A stretch of DNA of 64,000 nucleotides, from positions 2,981 to 66,980 of the forward strand of contig CALEUX010000035.1 in assembly GCA_937920475.1 (NCBI GenBank), written 5' to 3'. Source of the stretch: an uncultured Marinilabiliaceae bacterium. GTDB lineage: Bacteria > Bacteroidota > Bacteroidia > Bacteroidales > Marinilabiliaceae. Every line of letters starts with the position of its first letter. Position 1 is the stretch's first letter. The notes beneath the pieces were generated by a model. That model did not search any database. It was not told the DNA's origin and worked only from the letters and a program-made list of their open reading frames with translations. The position numbers and the translations under genes were made by a program. This document shows, piece by piece, positions 1-9,002 of the stretch.

Positions 1-946
1 CAAATCTGCTTCACATGGCAGCTTCAACATCTAAAAAGATGCAAAAGTATTTGCGGCTTTTGAATTTAAGGCTTGATGTGGTGGTGAATGATATTTGCGG
101 GCTTACCGGGTTAAAAATCATCCGAAGTATATGTGAAGGAGAAACCAACCCTCAAAAATTGGCCGAATTACGTCATTATAACTGTCGTCGCTCCGAACAG
201 GGAATTGCCAAGGCTTTACAATCCAATTGCAGGCATGATTACCTGTTTGCCCTAAAACAGGAACTTGAAACATACGACCACCTTCAGTTGAAGATTCAGC
301 AATGTGATAAGGAAATTGAACAGTTTCTCAATCAAATCATCGATAATGATGAAAATAAGAAGCAACATTTCATCGATTCTAAATCACATAAACGCATCAA
401 CAAAACACTCCCAAGAATATTGACCTGAATTTAAAGGCATATCAAATGCTGGAAGGTGTTGATGTACTTGCTATTGAAGGACTGAGCCATTCTACTGTTT
501 TGTCCCTTATCAGCGAAGTGGGTCTGAAAGGTATTAAACGCTTTCCTTCGGGTAAACATTTTGCAAGCTGGCTCAGATTAGCCCCAAACAACAAAATCAG
601 TGGAGGGAAAGTGCTTTCAAGTAAGGTTCCCAAAGGAAGCAACCGTTTGAAAATTGCCCTCAGAAATGCTGCAAATGCAATCGGTAACTTAAAAGAGTCA
701 ACTCCATTAAGAGATTTCTTTCACAGGGTTAATTTCAGAAAAGGAAGAACCTCTGCTGTAAGCGCTACTGCACGTAAACTTGCTGTAGTTATTTGGAATA
801 TGGTGGTAAATAATACCCAATACATAAATCCAGAAGGCTATCTCTTTCTTGATCAAAAAAGAAAACTCGGATTGGCTAAAAGAATTAAAAAGCAAATCGA
901 TAAATTTGGATTTAATCCAGAAGACCCTGGCTTTTCAATCGCCTGA
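1..946 (+). pseudogene. IS110-family transposase gene; 5' end runs off the window and the gene is split by a frameshift (ORFs 15-428 and 446-946)
   Basis: The frame of ORF 15-428 has no stop upstream to position 3, so it is open to the window edge. The second ORF carries an IS110-type C-terminal signature (HFASWLRLAPNNKISGGK, ARKLAVVIWNMV). Read backwards, the frame of the second ORF gives ...NTPKNIDLNLKAYQMLEGVDV and is open back to 392. A 1-nt indel in the A4 run at 402-405 would join the two parts. Confidence 0.75.
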
Positions 947-998
947 TTATCAAGGCTAAAATTTTACGTTAGTCAGCTGGTAACTGAGCACTCTGACA

Positions 999-1215
999 AT
1001 GATTAGCAAGATTGAAATGGAACAAATTTTACGACTCGATTTAATCGAAGCACTAACGATCAAGAGGTTTTATCATTATACAAAGTTTGATACAGCAATT
1101 GATAAAATCTTGCTGAAAAAACACATTACAGTTTTTAGCCCCATTGACTTTTAATGACCCTTTTGATTGCAATGAAGAACTATTAGTTAAACATGTGCAC
1201 TTTTTTCAATCATAA
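999..1215 (+). pseudogene. Remnant of a DUF2971-like gene (N-terminal fragment, frameshifted and truncated)
   Basis: ATG at 999 gives MISKIEMEQILRL...RFYHYTKFDTAIDKILLKKHITVFSPIDF, then stop at 1152. The +1 frame continues FNDPFDCNEELL..., resembling the YHYT...FNDPFD/E signature of DUF2971. The break lies in a T4 run (1149-1152). The reading frame ends at 1215, far short of a full-length protein. Confidence 0.4.
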
Positions 1216-1359
1216 AAACAAGAATGAAAGTCTGATTGTCAAAAAATATGATGATTATTATAGCGCAGTTTTAATGTGTTTGTCATTAATTGTTTTAAAA
1301 TACAATTCTTTATTTTGATTTACAAATATTTAGATTAGATTTGCGCAAAAAATAATAGG

Positions 1360-2052
1360 ATGGTAAAATTAGAGACGGAGTTGGTAAGTAATATCGGTGT
1401 TGGTATAGAAGTTATTTGCCCGTTGTGTTTTAGTTGTGTGGAGGGTTCGTCACAAGGTCCGCTGAACTATCAACTTTGGCATTGCAATAAGTGCGAATTA
1501 GTTTTTAAGGATGAAAAACACCGACCTTCGCAACAGGCTGAAAAGGAGCGATATTTGGAGCATAACAATGATGAAACTCAAGGCTATATTGATTTTTTAA
1601 AACAAGCACTGACTCCCGCACTTCAGTTTTTTGAGCCCGGCATGGAAGGTTTGGATTTTGGTTGTGGTCCCAACCCACTTTTATCAAAAATGATTCAGGA
1701 AGCAGGATTTGAATGCTTCAACTACGACCCTATCTTTTTCCCCGAATTTCCTGATGAGCGGATGGATTTTATATTTGCCACCGAGAGTTTCGAGCATTTT
1801 TTTAATCCATATCAGGAGGTAAAACTGATAACAGCATTGCTGCGCCCCGGTGGGTTGTTAACTATAATGACACACCGCTGGAATGAAAAGGAAAAACTTG
1901 CGGATTGGTGGTATCTGCGCGATAAAACGCATGTTACTTTTTACCACCGGAAAACTTTCGATTATATATGTTCTGAGTTTGGTTACTCTGTTTTGTTTGA
2001 CGACGGTGAAAAGGTACTGGTATTAGAAAAGGATGTAGTTAGAGAAAGATAA
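1360..2052 (+). CDS. Class I SAM-dependent methyltransferase with an N-terminal CxxC...CxxC zinc-ribbon
   Basis: CPLC...CNKC pair near the N-terminus. A motif I-like LDFGCGPNP and the overall length fit small Methyltransf_11/23-type enzymes. Confidence 0.65.
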   Translation: MVKLETELVSNIGVGIEVICPLCFSCVEGSSQGPLNYQLWHCNKCELVFKDEKHRPSQQAEKERYLEHNNDETQGYIDFLKQALTPALQFFEPGMEGLDFGCGPNPLLSKMIQEAGFECFNYDPIFFPEFPDERMDFIFATESFEHFFNPYQEVKLITALLRPGGLLTIMTHRWNEKEKLADWWYLRDKTHVTFYHRKTFDYICSEFGYSVLFDDGEKVLVLEKDVVRER

Positions 2053-2110
2053 TTTTTTAAAATCAGGCAATTGAGGCCGGCCTTTCAATGAATTAAACTG
2101 GTTTTTCGGA

Positions 2111-3451
2111 CTAAAGCCCGAAAAACCACGATGCAATTGAAAAATAAATAAGAACACCGCAAATATCTGCAATAGATGTTATAAGCGGTGCACTGGCAGT
2201 AGCAGGGTCTAATTTTAAGCGTGTAAAAATAAACGGTAGCAGCAAACCAATTAAACTTCCGGTCATTACCGTTAAAACCATGGTAAGAGAAACCACAGCA
2301 ATTATCTCAGGTGCTCTGAAACTGGCCACTAATGCAACACCCAATGCCATGGTTAAGCCCAGAAGTAAAGAAACAATAAATTCTTTTCCAATCAGTTTGA
2401 ACCAATCTTTTACCTGAACATCTCCAATGGCCAATGAGCGAATCATAAGAGTAGCTGATTGTGCCCCTGCATTACCGCCACTGTCGATTAGCAAGGGTAG
2501 AAAAAATACCAGCGAAACTACCGATTGAATAATATTCTCAAAGCTTGAAATGGCTGCTCCTGAAAATACATTCATAAAAACCAAGGCGGTTAGCCAAACA
2601 ATTCTTTTTTTATATAAGTGAATAACTTTTGCTTTTAAGGGATTTACAATGGCATCCTGGAAAGACCCAAATTTGTGGAAGTCCTCAGTTGATTCTTCCT
2701 CTGCAATATCCATTACATCATCAATGGTAACAATACCAAGTAATAACCCTGTATTATCGGTAACAGGTAATGCAACCCTGTCGTAATCGCGGAAAACTTT
2801 AATCACCTTTTCCTGGTCATCGAAAGCATTAAGCGCCACAAAACGATTGTCCATAATATCTGAAATCAATTGTTCAGGATTGGCAAGCAGTATTTCTTTT
2901 ATGCGGATATCATCAATCAGTTTCCAATTGGAATCCACCACATATATTACATTTAAAGTTTCTGAGTTTTTGCCATACTTTCGAATATGTTCCAGAGCAT
3001 GTGCCACAGTATTATGTGGTTTAACAGCCACAAATTCTGGAGTCATTAATCGCCCGATACTGTCTTCGGGATAGCCCAATAAGCTGGTAGCAATTTTTCG
3101 TTCTTCAGCCGATAAAAGTTGAAGTAATTTTTGAGTGATTTCGCCCGGCAGCTCTTCCAAAAAGGCAGTACGGTCGTCGGGATCTAAATCGTTTAAGAGA
3201 TTAGAAATTTTACTGATGTTTTGGGCAAAACCTTCAATGATTTTCTCCTGCTTTTCGTGTGAGAGGAATTGAAAAACCTCTTTGGCCTGATTGCCCGATA
3301 ACAGACGGAATAAAATTATATCGTCTGATTTAGATAGCTCTTCAATAATTTCAGCAATTTCGAACGCATCAATTTCGCTCAGGTCATGCTTTAGGTTTTT
3401 CCAATTTTTCTCTTCAATTAACTTTTGGAAATGAAGTTTTCTTTCAACCAT
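2111..3451 (-). CDS. mgtE: Magnesium transporter MgtE
   Basis: N-terminal MgtE_N-like helical domain, tandem CBS region (RLMTPEFVAV..., ALPVTDNTGLLLGIVTIDDV) and a C-terminal 5-TM domain with IDSGGNAGAQS and PLITSIADICGVLIYF motifs. Confidence 0.92.
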   Translation of the reverse strand: MVERKLHFQKLIEEKNWKNLKHDLSEIDAFEIAEIIEELSKSDDIILFRLLSGNQAKEVFQFLSHEKQEKIIEGFAQNISKISNLLNDLDPDDRTAFLEELPGEITQKLLQLLSAEERKIATSLLGYPEDSIGRLMTPEFVAVKPHNTVAHALEHIRKYGKNSETLNVIYVVDSNWKLIDDIRIKEILLANPEQLISDIMDNRFVALNAFDDQEKVIKVFRDYDRVALPVTDNTGLLLGIVTIDDVMDIAEEESTEDFHKFGSFQDAIVNPLKAKVIHLYKKRIVWLTALVFMNVFSGAAISSFENIIQSVVSLVFFLPLLIDSGGNAGAQSATLMIRSLAIGDVQVKDWFKLIGKEFIVSLLLGLTMALGVALVASFRAPEIIAVVSLTMVLTVMTGSLIGLLLPFIFTRLKLDPATASAPLITSIADICGVLIYFSIASWFFGL

Positions 3452-3577
3452 ACTTTGGTCCTCCTTACAATTTATTCCTGTAAGGAGGAAATGCCCCTTA
3501 CAGAAGTGTTAGTACGTTTTTACTATGATACGGGCCTTCGTCCATCGCTTTTTAAGTTTAATTTGGCTGCAAAAGTA
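3452..3577 (-). promoter_or_regulatory. mgtE 5' leader: -7 box TACTTTTG plus three mutually exclusive pairing segments that can sequester an AAGGAGGA ribosome-binding site
   Basis: In the RNA sense, CUGUAAGGGG (3503->3494), UCCUCCUUACAG (3489->3478) and UGUAAGGAGGA (3469->3459) are followed by CCAAAGU-AUG. The middle segment pairs with the downstream one (11 perfect bp, burying AGGAGG) or with the upstream one (10 bp including one G-U). The TAnnTTTG-type box lies at 3577->3570. Confidence 0.45.
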
Positions 3578-3601
3578 TTATAATTTCTTTAATTCACAAT
3601 T

Positions 3602-3964
3602 TTATTCTGTATCCCAAAATTCAACCTCTTTAAAAACCGTTACCTTGTCTTTGAATATAGCTTTATGACTCAGGAAGAATTTCTCAAGTTTTTCTCTTGT
3701 GTCAATAAGTTCTATGCATAAAGTGAGGCCGGTATTTTCACTCTCCAGGTTAAATTTAGTCAGTTCTCCATAGTTGTTATATCCAAAGTGGGTTGAGAAA
3801 ACAGACGCATTCATTATGCCATTTCTTTTTGCCTGAAGAATGATTTCTTTATAGGCATTTTTGGGAAAAATCTTTCTGAGCAAACTTTTTGACTTTATCT
3901 TTTCGCCGGTTTGTAAATAAATCCTTAGTTTCCCAAGTTTATGTGTTTTAAGATTTTGACTCAT
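3602..3964 (-). CDS. DUF190-like protein (divergent copy), translationally coupled to the CLC-F gene
   Basis: About 120 aa with [10 protein letters not shown]...[22 protein letters not shown]..., resembling the DUF190 pattern (LRIF...PLY..iv..A...G..GATV.RG..GyG). Overlaps the upstream CLC gene by 17 nt. Confidence 0.6.
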   Translation of the reverse strand: MSQNLKTHKLGKLRIYLQTGEKIKSKSLLRKIFPKNAYKEIILQAKRNGIMNASVFSTHFGYNNYGELTKFNLESENTGLTLCIELIDTREKLEKFFLSHKAIFKDKVTVFKEVEFWDTE

Positions 3965-5306
3965 TTTGTTGTTTTTTTAATTCCCTGATATTTTTCAGGG
4001 AGTTGTTTTCTGATAAATGGTGCTTAAAGTCGGCTTTGGAAACTGATATTTTTTGAGATGAATAAATACCTGTATGTCCACTCAAATAATAAGCAATAAA
4101 GCACACTACGGCATAATACAGAATATGCTCGCCTCCAAATAGTTCAACCCCCATAATGGTGCAAGCCAGGGGCGTATTGGTGGCTCCTGCAAATACAGCA
4201 ATAAAACCCAGAGCCGCCATTAAATCTACCGGTGCACCCATTAAAACAGCTAAGGTGTTGCCTAAAGTAGCTCCAATAAAAAACAATGGCGTTACTTCAC
4301 CACCTTTAAAGCCCATATTCAGCGTAACTGCTGTGAAAACTATTTTCCAAAGCCAGCCCCAGGGGTCAATTTCTCCTTGTGAGAATGCATTAACAATACT
4401 TGTTCCCTGGCCATTTTGTGTTGTAACTCCAAGTCCCAGATAATCTGAAGTGCCTACAATGTAAGTAAGTGCAATTACAATGACACCACCCACCAATGGA
4501 ATTAAATATTTGTTCTTAAAAAAACGATTGGCATAATGTTTAATGGAATGCGATAATTCTGAGAATAAATAACTTGCTAATCCGAAAGCAGCTCCGGCAG
4601 CAACCACTTTTACAAGTAATAAAATATCCACTTTAAAATATGGAAATCCAGTTAGCGTTTGTTCCTTAAAACCAACCAAATAATGCGTGTGTTCTATGCC
4701 ATAAGCGGTACAAACCATATCGGCCAAAACCGAAGCTAAAAAAGCGGGCAATAGTGCATCGTATTTTATCCGGCCAATGGCCAGAACTTCCAACGCAAAA
4801 ATGGTTCCTGCCACCGGTGTTCCAAAAACAGCTCCAAAACCGGCAGCTATACCGGCCATCAATAATATTCGCTTATCGTCTTTGGATAGTTTTAATTTTT
4901 TGGCAACAAAATTAGCCATACTGCCACCAATTTGAACCGCAGTACCTTCACGACCTGCCGAACCTCCAAATAAATGCGTTACTACAGTGGTTATCAGTAT
5001 AAAAGGTGCCATCCTGGCCGGTATACCACCGCCGGGTTTATGTATTTCATCCATTACCAGATTATTGCCGGCTTCGGCTTTTTTACCTTTAAAGCGGTAC
5101 AGCCAGGTTATGGTTATGCCGGCCACCGGCAAAAGAAACAGCAGCCAGGGGTTGTTCCATCTGATAATGGTTGCTTCATCAAGTAACCAAAGAAACAGCG
5201 CAACCATTGAACCGGCCATAAAAGCAAGTGGTATGGTTAATAAAAACCACTTAACTGAATATTTTAAGATTGGTATCTGCTCAAATGTTGAAAAAAATTT
5301 TATCAT
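3948..5306 (-). CDS. CLC-F family fluoride/proton antiporter (EriC-F)
   Basis: Voltage-gated chloride channel fold with CLC-F-type signatures GNNLV (in place of GSGIP), GREGTAVQ and [12 protein letters not shown]. Sits in a fluoride riboswitch gene string. Confidence 0.8.
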   Translation of the reverse strand: MIKFFSTFEQIPILKYSVKWFLLTIPLAFMAGSMVALFLWLLDEATIIRWNNPWLLFLLPVAGITITWLYRFKGKKAEAGNNLVMDEIHKPGGGIPARMAPFILITTVVTHLFGGSAGREGTAVQIGGSMANFVAKKLKLSKDDKRILLMAGIAAGFGAVFGTPVAGTIFALEVLAIGRIKYDALLPAFLASVLADMVCTAYGIEHTHYLVGFKEQTLTGFPYFKVDILLLVKVVAAGAAFGLASYLFSELSHSIKHYANRFFKNKYLIPLVGGVIVIALTYIVGTSDYLGLGVTTQNGQGTSIVNAFSQGEIDPWGWLWKIVFTAVTLNMGFKGGEVTPLFFIGATLGNTLAVLMGAPVDLMAALGFIAVFAGATNTPLACTIMGVELFGGEHILYYAVVCFIAYYLSGHTGIYSSQKISVSKADFKHHLSENNSLKNIRELKKQQNESKS

Positions 5307-5391
5307 ATTTATTTCAGAATAAAGGAGCCCAAATTTAACAGGAATTGTTTATCATAAATAATTCTTGTACTTAAGGACTCCTCAATTTTGG

Positions 5392-6672
5392 CTAAGCATT
5401 CTTAAACGCTTTTTTACCAGCAAAAGCAGATGTTTGAGCTAACTCATTTTCAATGCGTAAAAGCTGGTTAAATTTTTCAATACGCTCACCCCGGCAACCA
5501 CTTCCGGTTTTTAAATGACCAGAACCTACAGCCACCGTCAGGTCGGCTATAAAGCTGTCTGAAGTTTCACCACTGCGATGCGAAACAAAGGTGTTATAAT
5601 TGTTTCTGTGAGCCAATTCAATGGTTTCAAGTGTTTCGGTAACAGTTCCAATCTGATTTAACTTGATTAGAATTGAATTCGCAATGTTTTGTTTTATTCC
5701 CTCCGAAAGAATTGCTTTATTGGTGCAGAAAATATCGTCGCCCACCAGCTCTATTCTATGACCCAGTGTTTTAGTCAGTTTAGCCCAACCTTGCCAGTCG
5801 TTTTCTGCCAGTCCGTCTTCAATTAAAACAATAGGATACTGATTAACCCAGCTTTCCCATAGTTTTATCAGTTCATCACTTGAAATAAACTTCCCGGTGC
5901 TCTTAAACATTTTATATTTCCCATCTTCCCAAAGTTCGCTGGCAGCAGGGTCGAGGCAAATGCTAACTTCGTTGCCGGGTTTAAAGCCTGCTTTAACAAT
6001 AGCTTCAAGAATAACTTCTACCGCTTCATCATTTGATTTAAGGTCGGGAGCAAATCCACCTTCATCGCCAACTCCCGTGCTATACCCTTTTGATTTCAGA
6101 ATCCCTTTAAGGGTATGAAAAACCTCAACGCCCATTCTGATAGATTCAGAAAATGACTTAGCTCCATGTGGTGCTATCATGAATTCCTGAAAATCAACAT
6201 TATTATCGGCATGTTTCCCGCCATTAATTATGTTCATACATGGAACGGGCAGCAAATAAGCATTGCTTCCGCCAAGATAATTGTATAGCGAGATTCCTGC
6301 ACTTTCGGCGCAGGCCCGGGCATAGGCCATTGATACAGCCAGAATGGCGTTGGCCCCTAATTTCGATTTATTGGGTGTGCCATCGAGGTTAATCATGTAA
6401 TAATCCAGTTCACGCTGATTTGCAAAATCTCTTCCAATAATATTGGGAGCAATTATTGTATTGGCGTTTTCAACGGCTTTTAATACACCTTTGCCTCCGT
6501 ATCTTTTTTTGTCGCCATCGCGAAGCTCAAAGGCTTCCCGTTCACCTGTTGAAGCTCCACTTGGAACCATTGCTCTGGCAACTGTTCCGTCTTCCAGTTG
6601 CAAATCAACCTCAACGGTTGGGTTTCCTCTGGAATCGAGGACCTCTAATGCGTTCATTTTAATAATTTCCAT
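5392..6672 (-). CDS. eno: Enolase (phosphopyruvate hydratase)
   Basis: [42 protein letters not shown] and other enolase motifs. Start chosen at [16 protein letters not shown] (6672) rather than the ORF maximum (6714), which would overlap the upstream DUF190 gene. Confidence 0.92.
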   Translation of the reverse strand: MEIIKMNALEVLDSRGNPTVEVDLQLEDGTVARAMVPSGASTGEREAFELRDGDKKRYGGKGVLKAVENANTIIAPNIIGRDFANQRELDYYMINLDGTPNKSKLGANAILAVSMAYARACAESAGISLYNYLGGSNAYLLPVPCMNIINGGKHADNNVDFQEFMIAPHGAKSFSESIRMGVEVFHTLKGILKSKGYSTGVGDEGGFAPDLKSNDEAVEVILEAIVKAGFKPGNEVSICLDPAASELWEDGKYKMFKSTGKFISSDELIKLWESWVNQYPIVLIEDGLAENDWQGWAKLTKTLGHRIELVGDDIFCTNKAILSEGIKQNIANSILIKLNQIGTVTETLETIELAHRNNYNTFVSHRSGETSDSFIADLTVAVGSGHLKTGSGCRGERIEKFNQLLRIENELAQTSAFAGKKAFKNA

Positions 6673-6682
6673 ATTTTTAAGA

Positions 6683-7051
6683 TTAAAAATTAATAAATCC
6701 TTTTTTCTCTCCAATTTTATGGAGTACTATATTTGAATTCTCAACTGTTATAATACAACCATTACGTATTTTTTTAAACCAGGGGATAATTCGTTCAGTA
6801 AAGGCATCAATCTTGGCCGCTTCATCAATAATTTCTATTACCAATGGCAACTTTTCGGTAATTTCCCAGAAACCCGATGAGTGAATGACACTGCTGGAAC
6901 CATACCCCATAGCACCCTTTAAAACTGTGGCACCCGACAAGCCATAACGTTTTGCAGCAAATACAACCACTTGATAAAGCGGCTGATGTTTAAGTTTATC
7001 CGTATTGCTAATAAAAATACGTAATAGTTTTGCTTCTCCCGTTATTTCCAT
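6683..7051 (-). CDS. DUF190 domain protein (canonical copy), 1 nt downstream of crcB
   Basis: [43 protein letters not shown] matches the DUF190 signature. Position directly after crcB is the typical context. Confidence 0.8.
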   Translation of the reverse strand: MEITGEAKLLRIFISNTDKLKHQPLYQVVVFAAKRYGLSGATVLKGAMGYGSSSVIHSSGFWEITEKLPLVIEIIDEAAKIDAFTERIIPWFKKIRNGCIITVENSNIVLHKIGEKKGFINF

Positions 7052-7052
7052 G

Positions 7053-7430
7053 TTATAGCAGTTTAGTGGTTAAATTACCAAAATAAGTGGCCACGAGGCA
7101 AACAAATAAGGTGGATAAAGAATAAATGGTGAAATAAAAGAAGTTCCCGTCTTTAAGCAGGGCAATGTTCTCGATTGAAAAAGTACTGAAGGTTGTGAAA
7201 CTTCCGCAGAAACCTACAGTTAAAAACAGGCGTAGCTCGGTATTCAAAAGATTCCCTCTTTCGGAAAGGCCATAAAAGAAACCAATTAAAAAGCAGCCAA
7301 CAATATTAACAATAAAAGTTCCGAATGGGAACGACGATAAAATGTTTTGCTGAATTAATTTGGTGAGAAGAAAACGGGTAATGCCACCTAAAAAACTACT
7401 GGAACCTATGAATAAGAGAATTTTTAGCAT
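7053..7430 (-). CDS. crcB: Fluoride channel FluC/CrcB
   Basis: 125-aa, 4-TM protein with GGITRF, FGTFIVNIVGCFLIGF and GFCGSFTTFSTF motifs. Immediately downstream of a fluoride riboswitch. Confidence 0.92.
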   Translation of the reverse strand: MLKILLFIGSSSFLGGITRFLLTKLIQQNILSSFPFGTFIVNIVGCFLIGFFYGLSERGNLLNTELRLFLTVGFCGSFTTFSTFSIENIALLKDGNFFYFTIYSLSTLFVCLVATYFGNLTTKLL

Positions 7431-7464
7431 AAATACATTATTACTTTACACACGGTTAAAGTAT

Positions 7465-7515
7465 GATGTAGGAGTTATCAGCTTTTAAAGGCGGTTCCGG
7501 GCTAACTCCATAGCC
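7465..7515 (-). promoter_or_regulatory. Fluoride riboswitch (crcB motif)
   Basis: The RNA sense reads GGCUAUGGAGUUAGCCCGGAACCGCCUUUAAAAGCUGAUAACUCCUAC. P1 is GGCU/AGCC, the pseudoknot is GGAG/CUCC, and the conserved AACCGCC and GCUGAUnAnnCCUAC blocks are present. A TACATTTG -7 box lies at 7527->7520 and crcB starts 35 nt downstream. Confidence 0.85.
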
Positions 7516-7621
7516 AATACAAATGTATTAAAAACTATAATATTTGCTGTGGTTGAATACACATTTTATAATATTATTTTTTCGGCTTATCTGCCCTCAA
7601 CGGCTAAAGCAATGGAGAATT

Positions 7622-8008
7622 CTAACTCGTCGCCTTACGTTTTCTAAATACAAAATAGTAAACTAAAGAATTTCCTATTATGGCTGTCAAACCCAGAATC
7701 AGTTGGATTTCTCTTGTTAATCCATCGGGATACATAATTGGCAAAATGTATTTACCAATAAAATCAGCCTCGTAGGTGCCAGTGCCGGCCTGGTAACGAA
7801 ACAAATTCTCGAGTATGGTTAACGGACAGGTTATATTGAAAATTTCAACCACGCTTCCCCAAATAACGGCAGGAATATGAACCCAAATGGATTTTGGCCA
7901 TTTAAACAACAGGAAACCTCCAAAAATAACATATAGAACGAACCCAAAATGAAGCATTACAATGATGTCGGAAATAAACAAATAGAACATATCCTGAAAA
8001 TTATCCAA
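7622..8008 (-). CDS. DUF2784-like small membrane protein
   Basis: 128 aa with 3-4 hydrophobic helices. The CPLT..EN motif (NITCPLTILENLFR) is as in DUF2784 proteins. Confidence 0.6.
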   Translation of the reverse strand: MDNFQDMFYLFISDIIVMLHFGFVLYVIFGGFLLFKWPKSIWVHIPAVIWGSVVEIFNITCPLTILENLFRYQAGTGTYEADFIGKYILPIMYPDGLTREIQLILGLTAIIGNSLVYYFVFRKRKATS

Positions 8009-8300
8009 GTGATTATAGCCAAAACTAAAAAGTGCTTTTCTGAATCAAAAGTAAATGAAACACCATTGTTTTGCAAAACACAAACACGATAAAAAATGAG
8101 AATCTTTAGAGATGAAGTTAATGCATTAAACTAAGTGTTATATAAAAACCTTACATAATGGCTTTAAAATATAATGTGTATAAATATCAGATAATCAGAG
8201 ATAAAATTGACATCATAAATTCCAGATAGCCATAATTTAAACGTTTATTTTGTGTTTTTAATTTATTTTTAATACATTCAACAGCCTAAAATTCAGTTTC

Positions 8301-9002
8301 ATGCCATATCGCCGGTTACCAAATACTGATCAGGCCCGAATTAGGGCTATGAAAGCTGCGTTAAAAAAAGGAGCTATGACCAGTCCTGCTTCTTTGGCTT
8401 TTTCGCAAAAGCTATACCTCGAATTGCAGTCATTCTTTCCTCATTTTGAACAAACCATCAATCAGTACAATACCAACCGCGACAGGCAAGCCCAGGTTGG
8501 GCAGCAACTGAGCGATCATTTCAGGTCGGCCAGATTATATGTGTCGCATTTTTTTCAGGTGGTTAATCTTTGCATTTTAAGAGGAGAACTTAAGCCTGAA
8601 ATTCGAACTTTTTACGGCATTAATGAAGATGAAAAAGCAGTGCCTGAAATTGGTACCGAACAACAATTAATTGTTTGGGGCGAGCAGCTTCTAAAAGGTG
8701 AGGAAGCCCGTATGGCCACAGGAGCAACACGCATTTACAACCCTTCGTTGGCTATGGTTCGTGTTAAATACGAGAAATTTACTGAATCGTACAACATGCA
8801 CAAGGATTTGCTTAACACCTCTCAGAAATTACTTGACAAGGTTAATGAATACCGAACTACCGCCGATCGGATAATTCTGGATATCTGGAATGAGGTGGAG
8901 AAAAAATTCGACAGCTATTCTCCCGAAATAAAAAGAGATAAAGGTGCCGACTATGGACTGGTTTATGTTTACCGCCCCAGCGAAAAACTTCAGGTTTCGT
9001 GA
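8301..9002 (+). CDS. Hypothetical protein (no recognised domain)
   Basis: Long uninterrupted ORF with ordinary composition and no signal peptide or TM segment. Its 3' end overlaps the convergent CPBP gene by 13 nt. Confidence 0.5.
   Translation: MPYRRLPNTDQARIRAMKAALKKGAMTSPASLAFSQKLYLELQSFFPHFEQTINQYNTNRDRQAQVGQQLSDHFRSARLYVSHFFQVVNLCILRGELKPEIRTFYGINEDEKAVPEIGTEQQLIVWGEQLLKGEEARMATGATRIYNPSLAMVRVKYEKFTESYNMHKDLLNTSQKLLDKVNEYRTTADRIILDIWNEVEKKFDSYSPEIKRDKGADYGLVYVYRPSEKLQVS

Noticed and set aside
392-446. Programmed ribosomal frameshift in the IS110 transposase
   Set aside because: To my knowledge IS110-family elements encode a single-ORF transposase and do not use programmed frameshifting. 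I saw no slippery heptamer plus downstream structure, only an A4 run. A mutation or sequencing error is the simpler explanation.
3452-3601. M-box (ykoK) Mg2+ riboswitch upstream of mgtE
   Set aside because: The leader is only about 110-150 nt, and I could not find the conserved M-box blocks. The alternative-hairpin structure is reported as a separate, unclassified finding instead.
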